Origin: a virus
Virus record (IMG/VR): IMGVR_UViG_3300032304_001060
Coordinates: 30,729 to 94,728 of that record
Length of the DNA stretch: 64,000 nt
Direction: 5' to 3' (one strand)
In this document: piece by piece, positions 1-8,283 of the stretch
How the letters are laid out: every line of letters begins with the position of its first letter
How positions within the stretch are numbered: the first letter of the stretch is position 1
Made by a program: the position numbers and the translations under genes
The notes under the pieces: generated by a model
Told to the model about the DNA's origin: nothing
The model's input: only the letters and a program-made list of their open reading frames with translations
Databases searched by the model: none

Positions 1-63
1 TTCGACTAACCCCAAGTCCAATAATCAATTCATAGGTTGCAGGGTTCTTTTGCTACTTCTAAA

Positions 64-117
64 GATCGAAACAGCACTTCGGTGCTGTCGCGTTGTTACG
101 CAACGCCTGATGAGATC
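64..117 (+). ncRNA. Hammerhead ribozyme, type II
   Basis: GATC-GAAA-CAGCAC(TTCG)GTGCTG-TC-GCGTTG(TTACG)CAACGC-CTGATGA-GATC: full catalytic core, stems I-III all pair, GUC cleavage triplet at 87-89. Confidence 0.93.
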
Positions 118-154
118 ACTTATCGGTACACCTAGACATGAAACGGAATAACAA

Positions 155-1036
155 ATGACCACAGATACAAAATCTCTCTTCGTACCAACACTCGCATCAA
201 CATCTCACTACATACCTCGCACATTCGCTGGCCACGTCGGCGAATTTGAAACATTCGATTACGCACTTGAAAACAATCTCAATGTGCTCATCGAAGGCGA
301 GACTGGAACTGGTAAGACTTCTGGCGTTATGGCGTACTGCGCCCAACGTCATCTCAACTTCTTTGCTGTTCCTTGCAACAGCGCAATTGATTTCACTCAG
401 GTGATCGGCGGTCTATTCCCGAATGCTGATGGCAAATTGGAATGGGTTGACGGCGGTATCACTCGCATCGTTCGTGAGGGCGGTGTCTTGTTGATTAACG
501 AATTAAACAATGCGCCGAAGAATCTCTCTCAGTACCTCATGTCATTACTTGATGATCGTCGCTCGATCACTCTCATGGGTCATGGCAACGAGGTTGTGAC
601 TGCACACAAGGACTTGCTGATCGTTGCAGATCAGAATCCAAATTATCGTGGCACTCAACTTCTCAATGAGGCATGGAAAGATCGCTTCGAGATTAAATTG
701 CGTTACAACTACGACAACGCGATTGAGAAGAAGATCGTTACATCGTCAGCACTTCTGGAACTTGCGAATGGAATTCGTTCTACATCGCGCCAGAATGAAT
801 ACGCATCAGATCGCGGAACGATCTTCGAGACCCCAGTATCGCCTCGTCTACTTAAGACGTTCGAGAAAATCGCTCGTGATCTTTCATACGACTTTGCAGT
901 CGATAACTTCGTCAACAACTTTACCGATGAAGAACGCCCTGCGGTGAAGATGCTCATCGAAGGTGCTTCATACAACATCAAGGAAGAACTCGGTCTTGCT
1001 GTTGATTCAATCACCACCGAACACGCCAACGCGTAA
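155..1036 (+). CDS. MoxR/CbbQ/CobS-like AAA+ ATPase
   Basis: Walker A GETGTGKT, Walker B-like LLINELN, NPNYRGTQLLNEAWKDRF sensor/Arg finger; followed by VWA gene. Confidence 0.88.
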   Translation: MTTDTKSLFVPTLASTSHYIPRTFAGHVGEFETFDYALENNLNVLIEGETGTGKTSGVMAYCAQRHLNFFAVPCNSAIDFTQVIGGLFPNADGKLEWVDGGITRIVREGGVLLINELNNAPKNLSQYLMSLLDDRRSITLMGHGNEVVTAHKDLLIVADQNPNYRGTQLLNEAWKDRFEIKLRYNYDNAIEKKIVTSSALLELANGIRSTSRQNEYASDRGTIFETPVSPRLLKTFEKIARDLSYDFAVDNFVNNFTDEERPAVKMLIEGASYNIKEELGLAVDSITTEHANA

Positions 1037-1045
1037 GGAGATTAC

Positions 1046-2944
1046 ATGTCATCAATCAAACTCTATGAAGATTTCCTTTTAGGAGATCAATCAGAGGCTA
1101 AGGAACAACGTCGTATCGCAGATGAAAAGCGACAGAGACTTGAACGATTCACTCAATTCTTTGGTCGTGTGAATTCTGCATTCACATTCCGCAAAGTGAC
1201 TGTCAAGGTTGAGGACTCACCTATCGGTGCACCAGCGTGGTCTGGTGCATCGGAGGTGACATTCAATTCTCGTTTACTTGATCTCGATAGTCCGCAATCA
1301 ATTGCTGGCTTGAAAGGTCTTGATCTACACGAGATCAGTCACATTCTTTATACGCCACGTGAGGGCTCTGAGATATTTGATTACGTCAAAGAGAACGATT
1401 ATCTACAGGCATACAACTGCCTCGAAGATCAACGTATCGAGACACTCTTTACATCAAAGTATCCGTCAACGATTGATTGGTTCACAGCCACGATCTTGAT
1501 TCACTTCGTTGATAAGCCAGAGGCATTCAACGCTTCTTATCCGTTGCTACGCGGTCGTAGATACTTACCCGTTGAATTGCGTGCACGCTCTCGTAACGCA
1601 TATATCAATCAATCTAATCTCGATGAAATCTGCGAGATCGTCGATGCCTATCGCTCTCTTATCTTTCCTACTGATACTGAACAAGGAAAAGATTTAATTG
1701 CGCGATTCCACAAACTATTGCCAAAGCAGGATTCACCTGCTGGCGAAGGACAGGGCACACAGACTGTCACAGTACGGATTCAAGACCCGTTCGGACATGG
1801 TGAGAGGCCACAGGAGGGTATTGAGTCATCGGTTGATTCACGCCCTGTATCGCCACTTAAGCAGAAGCAGGATCGTGCACGTTCACAGGCCAACGATGGT
1901 GAAGATGATTCGGCTCTTGCTGATTCACTTCGCAACGATGATCTCGTGATCGATATTGATCTATCTGGTGCAGGTGACGATGGTGATGCTGATGCTGATG
2001 GTGATGGTGATGATTCTTTGGATTCTGATAATTCATCTGATGGTGATTCTGCTGGTGATTCTGCTGGTGACATGACAATCATTCAAGATTTTCTCGATGA
2101 TCTTTTGAATGACGAAAATGTTGCTAGTGAAATCAACAACATCATTCGACAAATTGGTGGAGCACCTTCTCTTTCTACCAATGATTCGAAAGAACCGAAG
2201 ATCAAGGACTACATGTCGCTCAGTCCAGATGCAGATACATTTCATGCATCACTTTCTTTCGGTCGTGAATTAGAACGATTGAAAGCATCATTCGACCCTG
2301 CATGGGATAAGTACGAGTCACAGGGGCGTATCGATGCACATCGTTACCTTCGCGGTGATGATCTCGATACAGTCTTTGATCAATGGAATGAGGGTCGTGA
2401 AGATGCGACTGAAATTTCATGTGTGATCATGCTCGATACTTCTGGCTCGATGAATGGCACTAAAGCAACATCTGCATACAAAGCCATGTATGCAATTAAA
2501 CGTGCACTCGACAAGATCAATGCAGAATGTACTGTGATCACATTTAACGATTCAGTACACACGCTTTATCGTGCATCAGATAAGGCTGGTAACACTCTTC
2601 GTCATGCTGGAACTGGTGGCGGTACAAACGCTGATGAGGCAATCAGGTATGCGACCAAAGTGTTGGCCGAGACTGAGAAGCCTGTACGTGTTCTCTTCGC
2701 AATTACCGATGGGGATTGGTACGGCGATCAGACTCTCAACGATGAAGCGATCAGTCGCTTGTCTCGTGCTGGTGTGCTTACAGCACTTGCCTACATTCCA
2801 GAAAAAAAATCGTCAGTAAATCTTGCTGACATCAATTCTCATCAATGCGAGATCAAAGCAGTCGTGCGTAATCCAATTGACCTAATTGGAATGGCTCGAT
2901 CAATTACTCGCTACGCGATCAATCGCAGATTGATCAACAACTAA
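1046..2944 (+). CDS. VWA-domain partner protein (CobT-like) with N-terminal HExxH motif and acidic linker
   Basis: HEISH, NCLEDQRIE, MIDAS DTSGSM...GGT...ITDGD; D/G/S-rich linker. Confidence 0.85.
   Translation: MSSIKLYEDFLLGDQSEAKEQRRIADEKRQRLERFTQFFGRVNSAFTFRKVTVKVEDSPIGAPAWSGASEVTFNSRLLDLDSPQSIAGLKGLDLHEISHILYTPREGSEIFDYVKENDYLQAYNCLEDQRIETLFTSKYPSTIDWFTATILIHFVDKPEAFNASYPLLRGRRYLPVELRARSRNAYINQSNLDEICEIVDAYRSLIFPTDTEQGKDLIARFHKLLPKQDSPAGEGQGTQTVTVRIQDPFGHGERPQEGIESSVDSRPVSPLKQKQDRARSQANDGEDDSALADSLRNDDLVIDIDLSGAGDDGDADADGDGDDSLDSDNSSDGDSAGDSAGDMTIIQDFLDDLLNDENVASEINNIIRQIGGAPSLSTNDSKEPKIKDYMSLSPDADTFHASLSFGRELERLKASFDPAWDKYESQGRIDAHRYLRGDDLDTVFDQWNEGREDATEISCVIMLDTSGSMNGTKATSAYKAMYAIKRALDKINAECTVITFNDSVHTLYRASDKAGNTLRHAGTGGGTNADEAIRYATKVLAETEKPVRVLFAITDGDWYGDQTLNDEAISRLSRAGVLTALAYIPEKKSSVNLADINSHQCEIKAVVRNPIDLIGMARSITRYAINRRLINN
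1970..2070 (+). repeat. Low-complexity GAT/GGT/GCT triplet repeats encoding Asp/Gly/Ser linker
   Basis: gatggtgatgctgatgctgatggtgatggtgatgat and tandem ggtgattctgct. Confidence 0.7.
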
Positions 2945-2967
2945 CTGTCACGTCTAGGTGGCAACTG

Positions 2968-3005
2968 GTGGGGTGCGTTACTCGTGGAGGGCTGGCGCAC
3001 CCCAC
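2968..3005 (+). terminator. GC-rich stem-loop after VWA gene (terminator or mRNA stabiliser)
   Basis: GTGGGGTGCG...CGCACCCCAC 10-bp inverted repeat; no U tract. Confidence 0.5.
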
Positions 3006-3038
3006 TCCACACACAACTATTAATGGGAGAACAAATAA

Positions 3039-3659
3039 ATGAAATTTCAAGAATTAGAACTCGGTATTGAATACGGCGTTATTCCATCATGGGAATACTC
3101 ATCGAAAGATAAAAAGAATCCAGATACAGTCGTTCGTAGACAGGTTGCAAAAGCAACTTTGGTATCGCTGGATAAGTACGAGTACATCGTTTATCGATCA
3201 GGACAAGCCGATAGTCCAAACTTCAAACCAGCACCCAAAGGTTCCAGAAGTGTTGGTTATCTGGTGCAGTCACATGATTGGGCTGAGGCAGGAACGACAG
3301 ATTCGATCTTCTGGCTTGCACGTCCTCAAGACATCATCGCTCCTCATGCTGATCTTGAAGCGCGTTGGGTTATTAAAGAGGCAGAAGAGAAGGCTCAGAT
3401 CGCCAAAGAACAGGCCGAACGTGAAGAACAAGAACGCATCGAACGTGAAACAACGGCGCGTGAGCAACGAATTGTTGATTCATGTATTAAGGCTCTGAAT
3501 TCAATTATCGGAACACAATTAACCGAACACGTGTATGCACAGGTAGGTCGATCATTTAGCCATGGTGTATATCAACCGAATGCAGAATTTCGTCTTAACG
3601 GACGCACGATGCAAATCCTGATTGAAAAAGTACTAGAGGCCAGAGATGAGGTGGCGTAA
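3039..3659 (+). CDS. hypothetical protein
   Basis: 206-aa ORF, GGAG RBS, coupled to next gene. Confidence 0.75.
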   Translation: MKFQELELGIEYGVIPSWEYSSKDKKNPDTVVRRQVAKATLVSLDKYEYIVYRSGQADSPNFKPAPKGSRSVGYLVQSHDWAEAGTTDSIFWLARPQDIIAPHADLEARWVIKEAEEKAQIAKEQAEREEQERIERETTAREQRIVDSCIKALNSIIGTQLTEHVYAQVGRSFSHGVYQPNAEFRLNGRTMQILIEKVLEARDEVA

Positions 3660-4381
3660 TGGAGACAGCAACAATTGATCGCGTAGAGAAACTACGCAAT
3701 TACTATGAAAAGTACGATCATGCAGTCGGCACTACATTCACAACAACATGGTGTGGGAGACGTTTTCGATTGCCTTATGTAGCAGAGGTAACACAACTTG
3801 AACGCGAGTACATTCGAGAGGAGTACGAAGGGTTCGAATTAATAATCACAAAATCTTCTTGGAAGTATCAAGAGATTTTTGATGTCAACGGCGATCACTT
3901 TAAACATGGCAACGTATTAAAAGATGAAATTGATGGGCGTGGGAAAGAACAATTCCGTACTGAGTATATTGCTTTTGCATGGGAGATCAAAGATCACTAC
4001 CTTCATGCAGAGTTAAATACTCCGCATGCTTTTGAATTTTCAGTTTTGTGTGGCCTTGGAATCTCGGATTCGTATGACAAGACTCGAAAGACTGCAATTA
4101 AAAAGTTAGACACACTTAAAAAAATCAAAGATGTCTTGCCACGTCTTATCGCAATCTGTGATGAGAGGTTGTTGATTGGTCATGATCAGAAAGAAAAGTA
4201 CAGACCATTCAACGTACTAATTGGTGATGAGGTTTTCGTTCAAGCCCATGGGCGAAAGCGCAAGGGAATTGTGGTTGGTACAACTGGCTCACGATTTATC
4301 GTGGGCTATGTAACGCCTTCAAATTATCGTGACCTTAAGTACAAGACCCTTGGAATGGAACATCTATGGGTGAAGCCGTAA
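3659..4381 (+). CDS. hypothetical protein (possible C-terminal SH3-like barrel)
   Basis: 240-aa ORF, TAATG coupling; IGDEVFVQ...KGIVVG motif. Confidence 0.7.
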   Translation: METATIDRVEKLRNYYEKYDHAVGTTFTTTWCGRRFRLPYVAEVTQLEREYIREEYEGFELIITKSSWKYQEIFDVNGDHFKHGNVLKDEIDGRGKEQFRTEYIAFAWEIKDHYLHAELNTPHAFEFSVLCGLGISDSYDKTRKTAIKKLDTLKKIKDVLPRLIAICDERLLIGHDQKEKYRPFNVLIGDEVFVQAHGRKRKGIVVGTTGSRFIVGYVTPSNYRDLKYKTLGMEHLWVKP

Positions 4382-4776
4382 AACTATGTGGGAGGTGCAA
4401 GGTTGAACAATCAATTGACAACTTCGACACCTACAACAGAGGTGCAATCGAAGTCTGCAAGCCATGCAGACGAGAGCGCGGTCGTGAGTACTACAAACGA
4501 TCACGTCCACACATCAAAGAGTGGATTTACGATTACTTATCGAGTAATCCATGTGTCGACTGTGGTGAGAACGACCCCCTGCGACTCGAATTCGATCACC
4601 GAAGTGAGAAGCACTTCAACATCGGTAAGTCATTTATCGGTAAAGCAAAGAACATCGAGATCGTCCAATCTGAGATCGCAAAGTGCGATGTCCGATGCGC
4701 TAATTGCCACAAAGTAAAAACGCACAAAGAACAAGACACTTGGAAATACCGAATGTCCGTAGAAAGGAATCAGTAA
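4366..4776 (+). CDS. HNH endonuclease
   Basis: CVDCGE...LEFDH...KCDVRCANCH, plus N-terminal CxxC pair. Confidence 0.85.
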   Translation: MGEAVKLCGRCKVEQSIDNFDTYNRGAIEVCKPCRRERGREYYKRSRPHIKEWIYDYLSSNPCVDCGENDPLRLEFDHRSEKHFNIGKSFIGKAKNIEIVQSEIAKCDVRCANCHKVKTHKEQDTWKYRMSVERNQ

Positions 4777-4949
4777 TGAAATTAAATCGCAGAGGTTGGA
4801 TTGTGCTGGTTGTTATTCCAGCAATCGTTGCAACACTCTTTTTTACATGGGCAACGCGTGATGTCTGCTATGTAGGTGAGGGTGGAAATTTCTTGGGCTA
4901 TGGCTCATGCACTCAGATGATCGACAATGCAATTAATGGAGGAAAATAA
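4776..4949 (+). CDS. small membrane protein
   Basis: MKLNRRGWIVLVVIPAIVATLFFTW; TAATG coupling at 4774-4778. Confidence 0.7.
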   Translation: MKLNRRGWIVLVVIPAIVATLFFTWATRDVCYVGEGGNFLGYGSCTQMIDNAINGGK

Positions 4950-5108
4950 ATGAAAAAGTGGAACATAAGTGAGGACACAGTACTGATGCGGTGCTGTGAT
5001 GAAGTGCAATTCGAGTACACATGCTCAGAGTGTGGTGAAAGAGGCGGTTGCTACTTCTGCGATTTCAATCTTGATGAACCCTGCGAATGTAAGGAGGAAA
5101 ATAAATGA
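4950..5108 (+). CDS. small Cys-rich protein (52 aa, not in ORF track)
   Basis: MKKWNISEDTVLMRCCDEVQFEYTCSECGERGGCYFCDFNLDEPCECKEENK; GGAGG RBS, ATGA overlap with next gene. Confidence 0.65.
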   Translation: MKKWNISEDTVLMRCCDEVQFEYTCSECGERGGCYFCDFNLDEPCECKEENK

Positions 5109-5311
5109 CAAACGAACCAGAAAACCAGATCACACTTGTATGGAGTACAGAGGACATTCAAGAACTCTGCCCACAGATGAGCGATGAAGAAGCGATCGAA
5201 GCACTCCACACGATTCGAGAGACATTCAAAGATAGATCAACCGAAGAAGGTTGGAACATTCTTGAATGTGCACTTGAATTTTACGGATTCATTCCAGAGG
5301 AAGAGGACTAA
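5105..5311 (+). CDS. hypothetical acidic protein
   Basis: 68 aa, AAGGAGG RBS. Confidence 0.7.
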   Translation: MTNEPENQITLVWSTEDIQELCPQMSDEEAIEALHTIRETFKDRSTEEGWNILECALEFYGFIPEEED

Positions 5312-5314
5312 TAA

Positions 5315-5482
5315 ATGGGATACATCGAAACAATCAGGATTACACCTGAGCAACTTGATCTCTGTGACAACTGCAATCAGCAAGGACTGAAAGCAAGTGG
5401 TCACTACGCAAACGATTCTTATGGAGAAGCAGTTATTTTCTTCTGCTTCAACTGCAAACGAAAATTGATAACACTTAAATAA
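5315..5482 (+). CDS. small zinc-finger protein (55 aa, not in ORF track)
   Basis: MGYIETIR...CDNC...CFNC; GAGG RBS. Confidence 0.65.
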   Translation: MGYIETIRITPEQLDLCDNCNQQGLKASGHYANDSYGEAVIFFCFNCKRKLITLK

Positions 5483-5491
5483 GGAGAACGT

Positions 5492-5824
5492 ATGTCAAAA
5501 GATCAAGACGATCTCGTTAAGTCACTTAGATTCGCCAATGAATTCCTCAAAGTTACTCGTGGATTTAAATTGGAGTCACAGCGACCAGACGGGTTGCCAC
5601 AAGAACTAAAAGAACATCTTGCAAACGAACACTTGAATGCACTCATCGAAGAGCACGAACTAGAGCCAGAGATGTTGATCTGGGGCTTGCTACACATGCT
5701 CGAAGTAGTGTTGAAGTACTCAGAACTAAGTCCAGAGGAACTCTCCGAAGTAATGGAGCAGTTTATTCACGCAGTAGAACACACGCCTGAGATATTCGAT
5801 GGAGATGATGATGACCACCGCTAG
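5492..5824 (+). CDS. hypothetical protein
   Basis: 110 aa, AAGGAG RBS. Confidence 0.7.
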   Translation: MSKDQDDLVKSLRFANEFLKVTRGFKLESQRPDGLPQELKEHLANEHLNALIEEHELEPEMLIWGLLHMLEVVLKYSELSPEELSEVMEQFIHAVEHTPEIFDGDDDDHR

Positions 5825-6095
5825 ATCAGAATTACTAGACGGCATGACACCGACGATCACAGGTGCGCCATGTCAATCAACAGAACCAGAGATATTCTTT
5901 CCAGACCCAACTGATTACGAAACGATCAAGGTTGCCAAAGAATTTTGTGCATCATGTAAGGCAGACGTTAAAAATAAATGTCTGTCATTCGCTCTCGAAA
6001 ACAAGATTTGGTATGGAGTCTGGGGAGGACTTACAGAACGTGAACGCATGAACTTCCGCAGACAACAGATGAGAAGGGAATATCGGAATGACTGA
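5811..6095 (+). CDS. whiB: WhiB-family transcription factor
   Basis: APCQSTEPEIFFP...CASC...KC...GVWGGLTERER: four Cys and GVWGG turn. Confidence 0.93.
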   Translation: MTTARSELLDGMTPTITGAPCQSTEPEIFFPDPTDYETIKVAKEFCASCKADVKNKCLSFALENKIWYGVWGGLTERERMNFRRQQMRREYRND

Positions 6096-6288
6096 TGAGA
6101 TCACAGACGATCTATGGTGGAACTGTGTTTACGAATATGCACACATGGATTTATCTGCGCTATTTGTAGTAAAGATTTACGCACCAACTAAAGAATTGGC
6201 CATTGAAGAGGCTGATAAACAATTAATGGGATACCTATTGCTACCTAGCAATTGGGAATTTGTAGACTGTCAGGAGACAACAAACTAA
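6088..6288 (+). CDS. hypothetical protein
   Basis: 66 aa, overlaps whiB stop. Confidence 0.65.
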   Translation: MTDEITDDLWWNCVYEYAHMDLSALFVVKIYAPTKELAIEEADKQLMGYLLLPSNWEFVDCQETTN

Positions 6289-6392
6289 TGAGATGCAAAG
6301 AGTGTGGCGCAAAAATTGTTTACGTAAGCATGACAGAGCATGGAACATGGTCATGTAGCGACTGCGGTTGGGATACGGGGGTGGAGGACTAA
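6288..6392 (+). CDS. tiny zinc-ribbon protein (34 aa)
   Basis: MRCKECGAKIVYVSMTEHGTWSCSDCGWDTGVED; TAATG coupling at both ends. Confidence 0.6.
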   Translation: MRCKECGAKIVYVSMTEHGTWSCSDCGWDTGVED

Positions 6393-6577
6393 TGACTGAT
6401 TGGCTCACCAGCAAAGACATCGCAGAACAAACTGGTCTGAAATTAGACACGATTTATACATACAGACAGCGCAAGACGTTGCCTGAACCCGATTACACGA
6501 TCGGCAGAACACCGCTATGGAAGCAATCAACTATTGATGAATGGAATTCATCTCGATCAGAATTGGAGATTAATTAA
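6392..6577 (+). CDS. AlpA/excisionase-like HTH DNA-binding protein
   Basis: WLTSKDIAEQTGLKLDTIYTYR...LPEPD...GRTPLWKQSTIDEW. Confidence 0.8.
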   Translation: MTDWLTSKDIAEQTGLKLDTIYTYRQRKTLPEPDYTIGRTPLWKQSTIDEWNSSRSELEIN

Positions 6578-6708
6578 TGGCAATCAAGTACCGAGACTGT
6601 GCAGAGTGTGCAGATCAGCACAATGTAAATGACATGTATCCATACGAAGGTTGGTACATCTGCCAGCCATGTCTAGACGAGTCATTCGTATTAATGGAGG
6701 TCAAGTAA
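6577..6708 (+). CDS. tiny zinc-finger protein (43 aa)
   Basis: MAIKYRDCAEC...ICQPCLDE; TAATG coupling at both ends. Confidence 0.6.
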   Translation: MAIKYRDCAECADQHNVNDMYPYEGWYICQPCLDESFVLMEVK

Positions 6709-6842
6709 TGACACAACTGATCGTCTACATCGATCTTCCAGAAGATCACAAGGTCGATGAAGAACCGAAATTCATGGAAGCAATCAAAGACACGCTTGAG
6801 ACGAACGATCACATAACTTATTGGGAGTGGGAGATTCGTTAA
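6708..6842 (+). CDS. hypothetical protein (44 aa)
   Basis: MTQLIVYIDLPED...; GGAGG RBS. Confidence 0.6.
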   Translation: MTQLIVYIDLPEDHKVDEEPKFMEAIKDTLETNDHITYWEWEIR

Positions 6843-6873
6843 GTAACTTTTATCTCCGCCAAAAAAGTTACTT
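6841..6873. repeat. 11-bp perfect inverted repeat (candidate recombinase or regulator site)
   Basis: AAGTAACTTTT-N11-AAAAGTTACTT. Confidence 0.6.
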
Positions 6874-6932
6874 CTAAACACATAAGTAGATCGCAATCTT
6901 CACTAGCCGTATCTAGTCTCAACAATTGAGAT

Positions 6933-6962
6933 GCCCCAGATGAGAATCTGGGGCTTTTTTTT
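6933..6962 (+). terminator. Rho-independent terminator
   Basis: GCCCCAGAT-GAGA-ATCTGGGGC followed by T8. Confidence 0.9.
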
Positions 6963-7003
6963 GACATCGAAGTTACTCATCAGTAACATTACCAACCAGT
7001 AAC
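6961..7003 (+). promoter_or_regulatory. sigma70-type integrase promoter overlapped by two palindromic boxes
   Basis: TTGACA-N17-TAACAT (6961-6989); GTTACTCATCAGTAAC (6972-6987) and ATTACCAACCAGTAAC (6988-7003). Confidence 0.7.
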
Positions 7004-7020
7004 ATCATGAAGGAGGGCTC

Positions 7021-8283
7021 ATGGCATACGTTGTTAAGCGTGGCGATCGCTACACAGGCTATTATCGCAAGGGCGGTAAACGCCTCTCTGCTGGCACATG
7101 GCCAACGAAAACCGAGGCCGAATATCACGCCATGCAAGCGGACAGATCGGCTGGCACAGAGCCTTCTAGGGCTGTAAATGACCTATCGACCTATCTGGAT
7201 TCATGGCTCAAGAGTGCCGATCTCATGCCTATCACGCTCAAGGGATATAGATCGGTACTGGAGAAGTACGTCATGGCGGAATTAGGCGCGGTCAAAGTTA
7301 CTTCAATTTCAAAGCGGGCGATCTCAGATTTACTTCAAAAATTGAAGGCGCAGGGCGTGGGGTCTGCAACTATCCAGCAGGTCAAGGCGAGCCTAGGGTC
7401 GGCCTTCTCGCACCTCGTGGCCACAGGCGAACTAGCCGAGAACCCCACCCATGGCATCAAGGTCAGAGCACGCCATGCAGACATTGAGAAGATCATCGAG
7501 CCTGAAGAATTCAGGAAGATACTCAGTCACCTTCAGATCCAAGGTGCAAAGTTACTTGCCCAATTCCTAGTCGCATCAGGGTGCAGATTCGGAGAGGCGA
7601 CCGAGATTCGGGTCAAGGACATCAATCTCAAGACAGGCGAGATATTCGTCCAGAGGCGAGTCAGCGATCTGGGCAAGAGCCATAGCAATAGATTCATGGT
7701 CATTGATGCCACAAAGTCGGGTCATAAGCGAAGCCTGACCATAAGCAAAGCCTTACTACAAGAGATTCGAGACTATGTCTCAGCAAAAGCCCTATCAAAA
7801 GATGATCTGCTGTTCTCAAGGTTACTGGTGTGTGAACAAAGTAAAATAATAGATTCTCGTGGTGAAAAGTCTAAGCGACCATTCGCCCAAGACGGAAAAC
7901 TGTTCCAGCATGGAACGCTGTACGCCTATACCCATGGGCGGTGCAGGTGCGGTGAATGCCGAGAGGCGATGCGAGAGTATCGTCGAAAGGCAAAGCCATA
8001 CCAGAAGCAACAGCGATTCATCGACCAAACGAGTCACCTGCCACGAGATGTATGGAGAAAAATCTGGAACAAAGCAATAGACAAGTCCGCAATCGGGTGG
8101 ACTCCTAGAACCCATGACCTACGGCACGCTAATGCCACTCAACTTCTAAAAGGTGGGGTGGACTTGCACGAGGTCAAGGAAAGGCTAGGTCACCAATCGA
8201 TCAAGACGACAGAGCGATACCTACATCGCCTTCGTCACAACCAGTCAACGGCAGGGGAACTTGCCAATGACTTTTTGGAGTGA
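7021..8283 (+). CDS. int: tyrosine integrase/recombinase with inserted zinc-finger-like segment
   Basis: GCRFGE, TKSG, HDLRH, LGH, TERY catalytic set; AGGAGG RBS. Confidence 0.92.
   Translation: MAYVVKRGDRYTGYYRKGGKRLSAGTWPTKTEAEYHAMQADRSAGTEPSRAVNDLSTYLDSWLKSADLMPITLKGYRSVLEKYVMAELGAVKVTSISKRAISDLLQKLKAQGVGSATIQQVKASLGSAFSHLVATGELAENPTHGIKVRARHADIEKIIEPEEFRKILSHLQIQGAKLLAQFLVASGCRFGEATEIRVKDINLKTGEIFVQRRVSDLGKSHSNRFMVIDATKSGHKRSLTISKALLQEIRDYVSAKALSKDDLLFSRLLVCEQSKIIDSRGEKSKRPFAQDGKLFQHGTLYAYTHGRCRCGECREAMREYRRKAKPYQKQQRFIDQTSHLPRDVWRKIWNKAIDKSAIGWTPRTHDLRHANATQLLKGGVDLHEVKERLGHQSIKTTERYLHRLRHNQSTAGELANDFLE

Noticed and set aside
155-2944. Cobalamin biosynthesis (cobS/cobT) supplying the B12-dependent RNR
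   Set aside because: No cobN or other cob genes in the window; the motifs only support a generic MoxR AAA/VWA pair.
6092-6104. CTGATGAGATCAC, identical to the 3' part of the hammerhead at 107-119
   Set aside because: Lies in coding sequence (MTDEIT) with no GAAA, stem I or stem III; treated as coincidence.
6972-6987. CTGATGA on the minus strand in the integrase promoter
   Set aside because: Part of a DNA palindrome; no GAAA or hammerhead stems.
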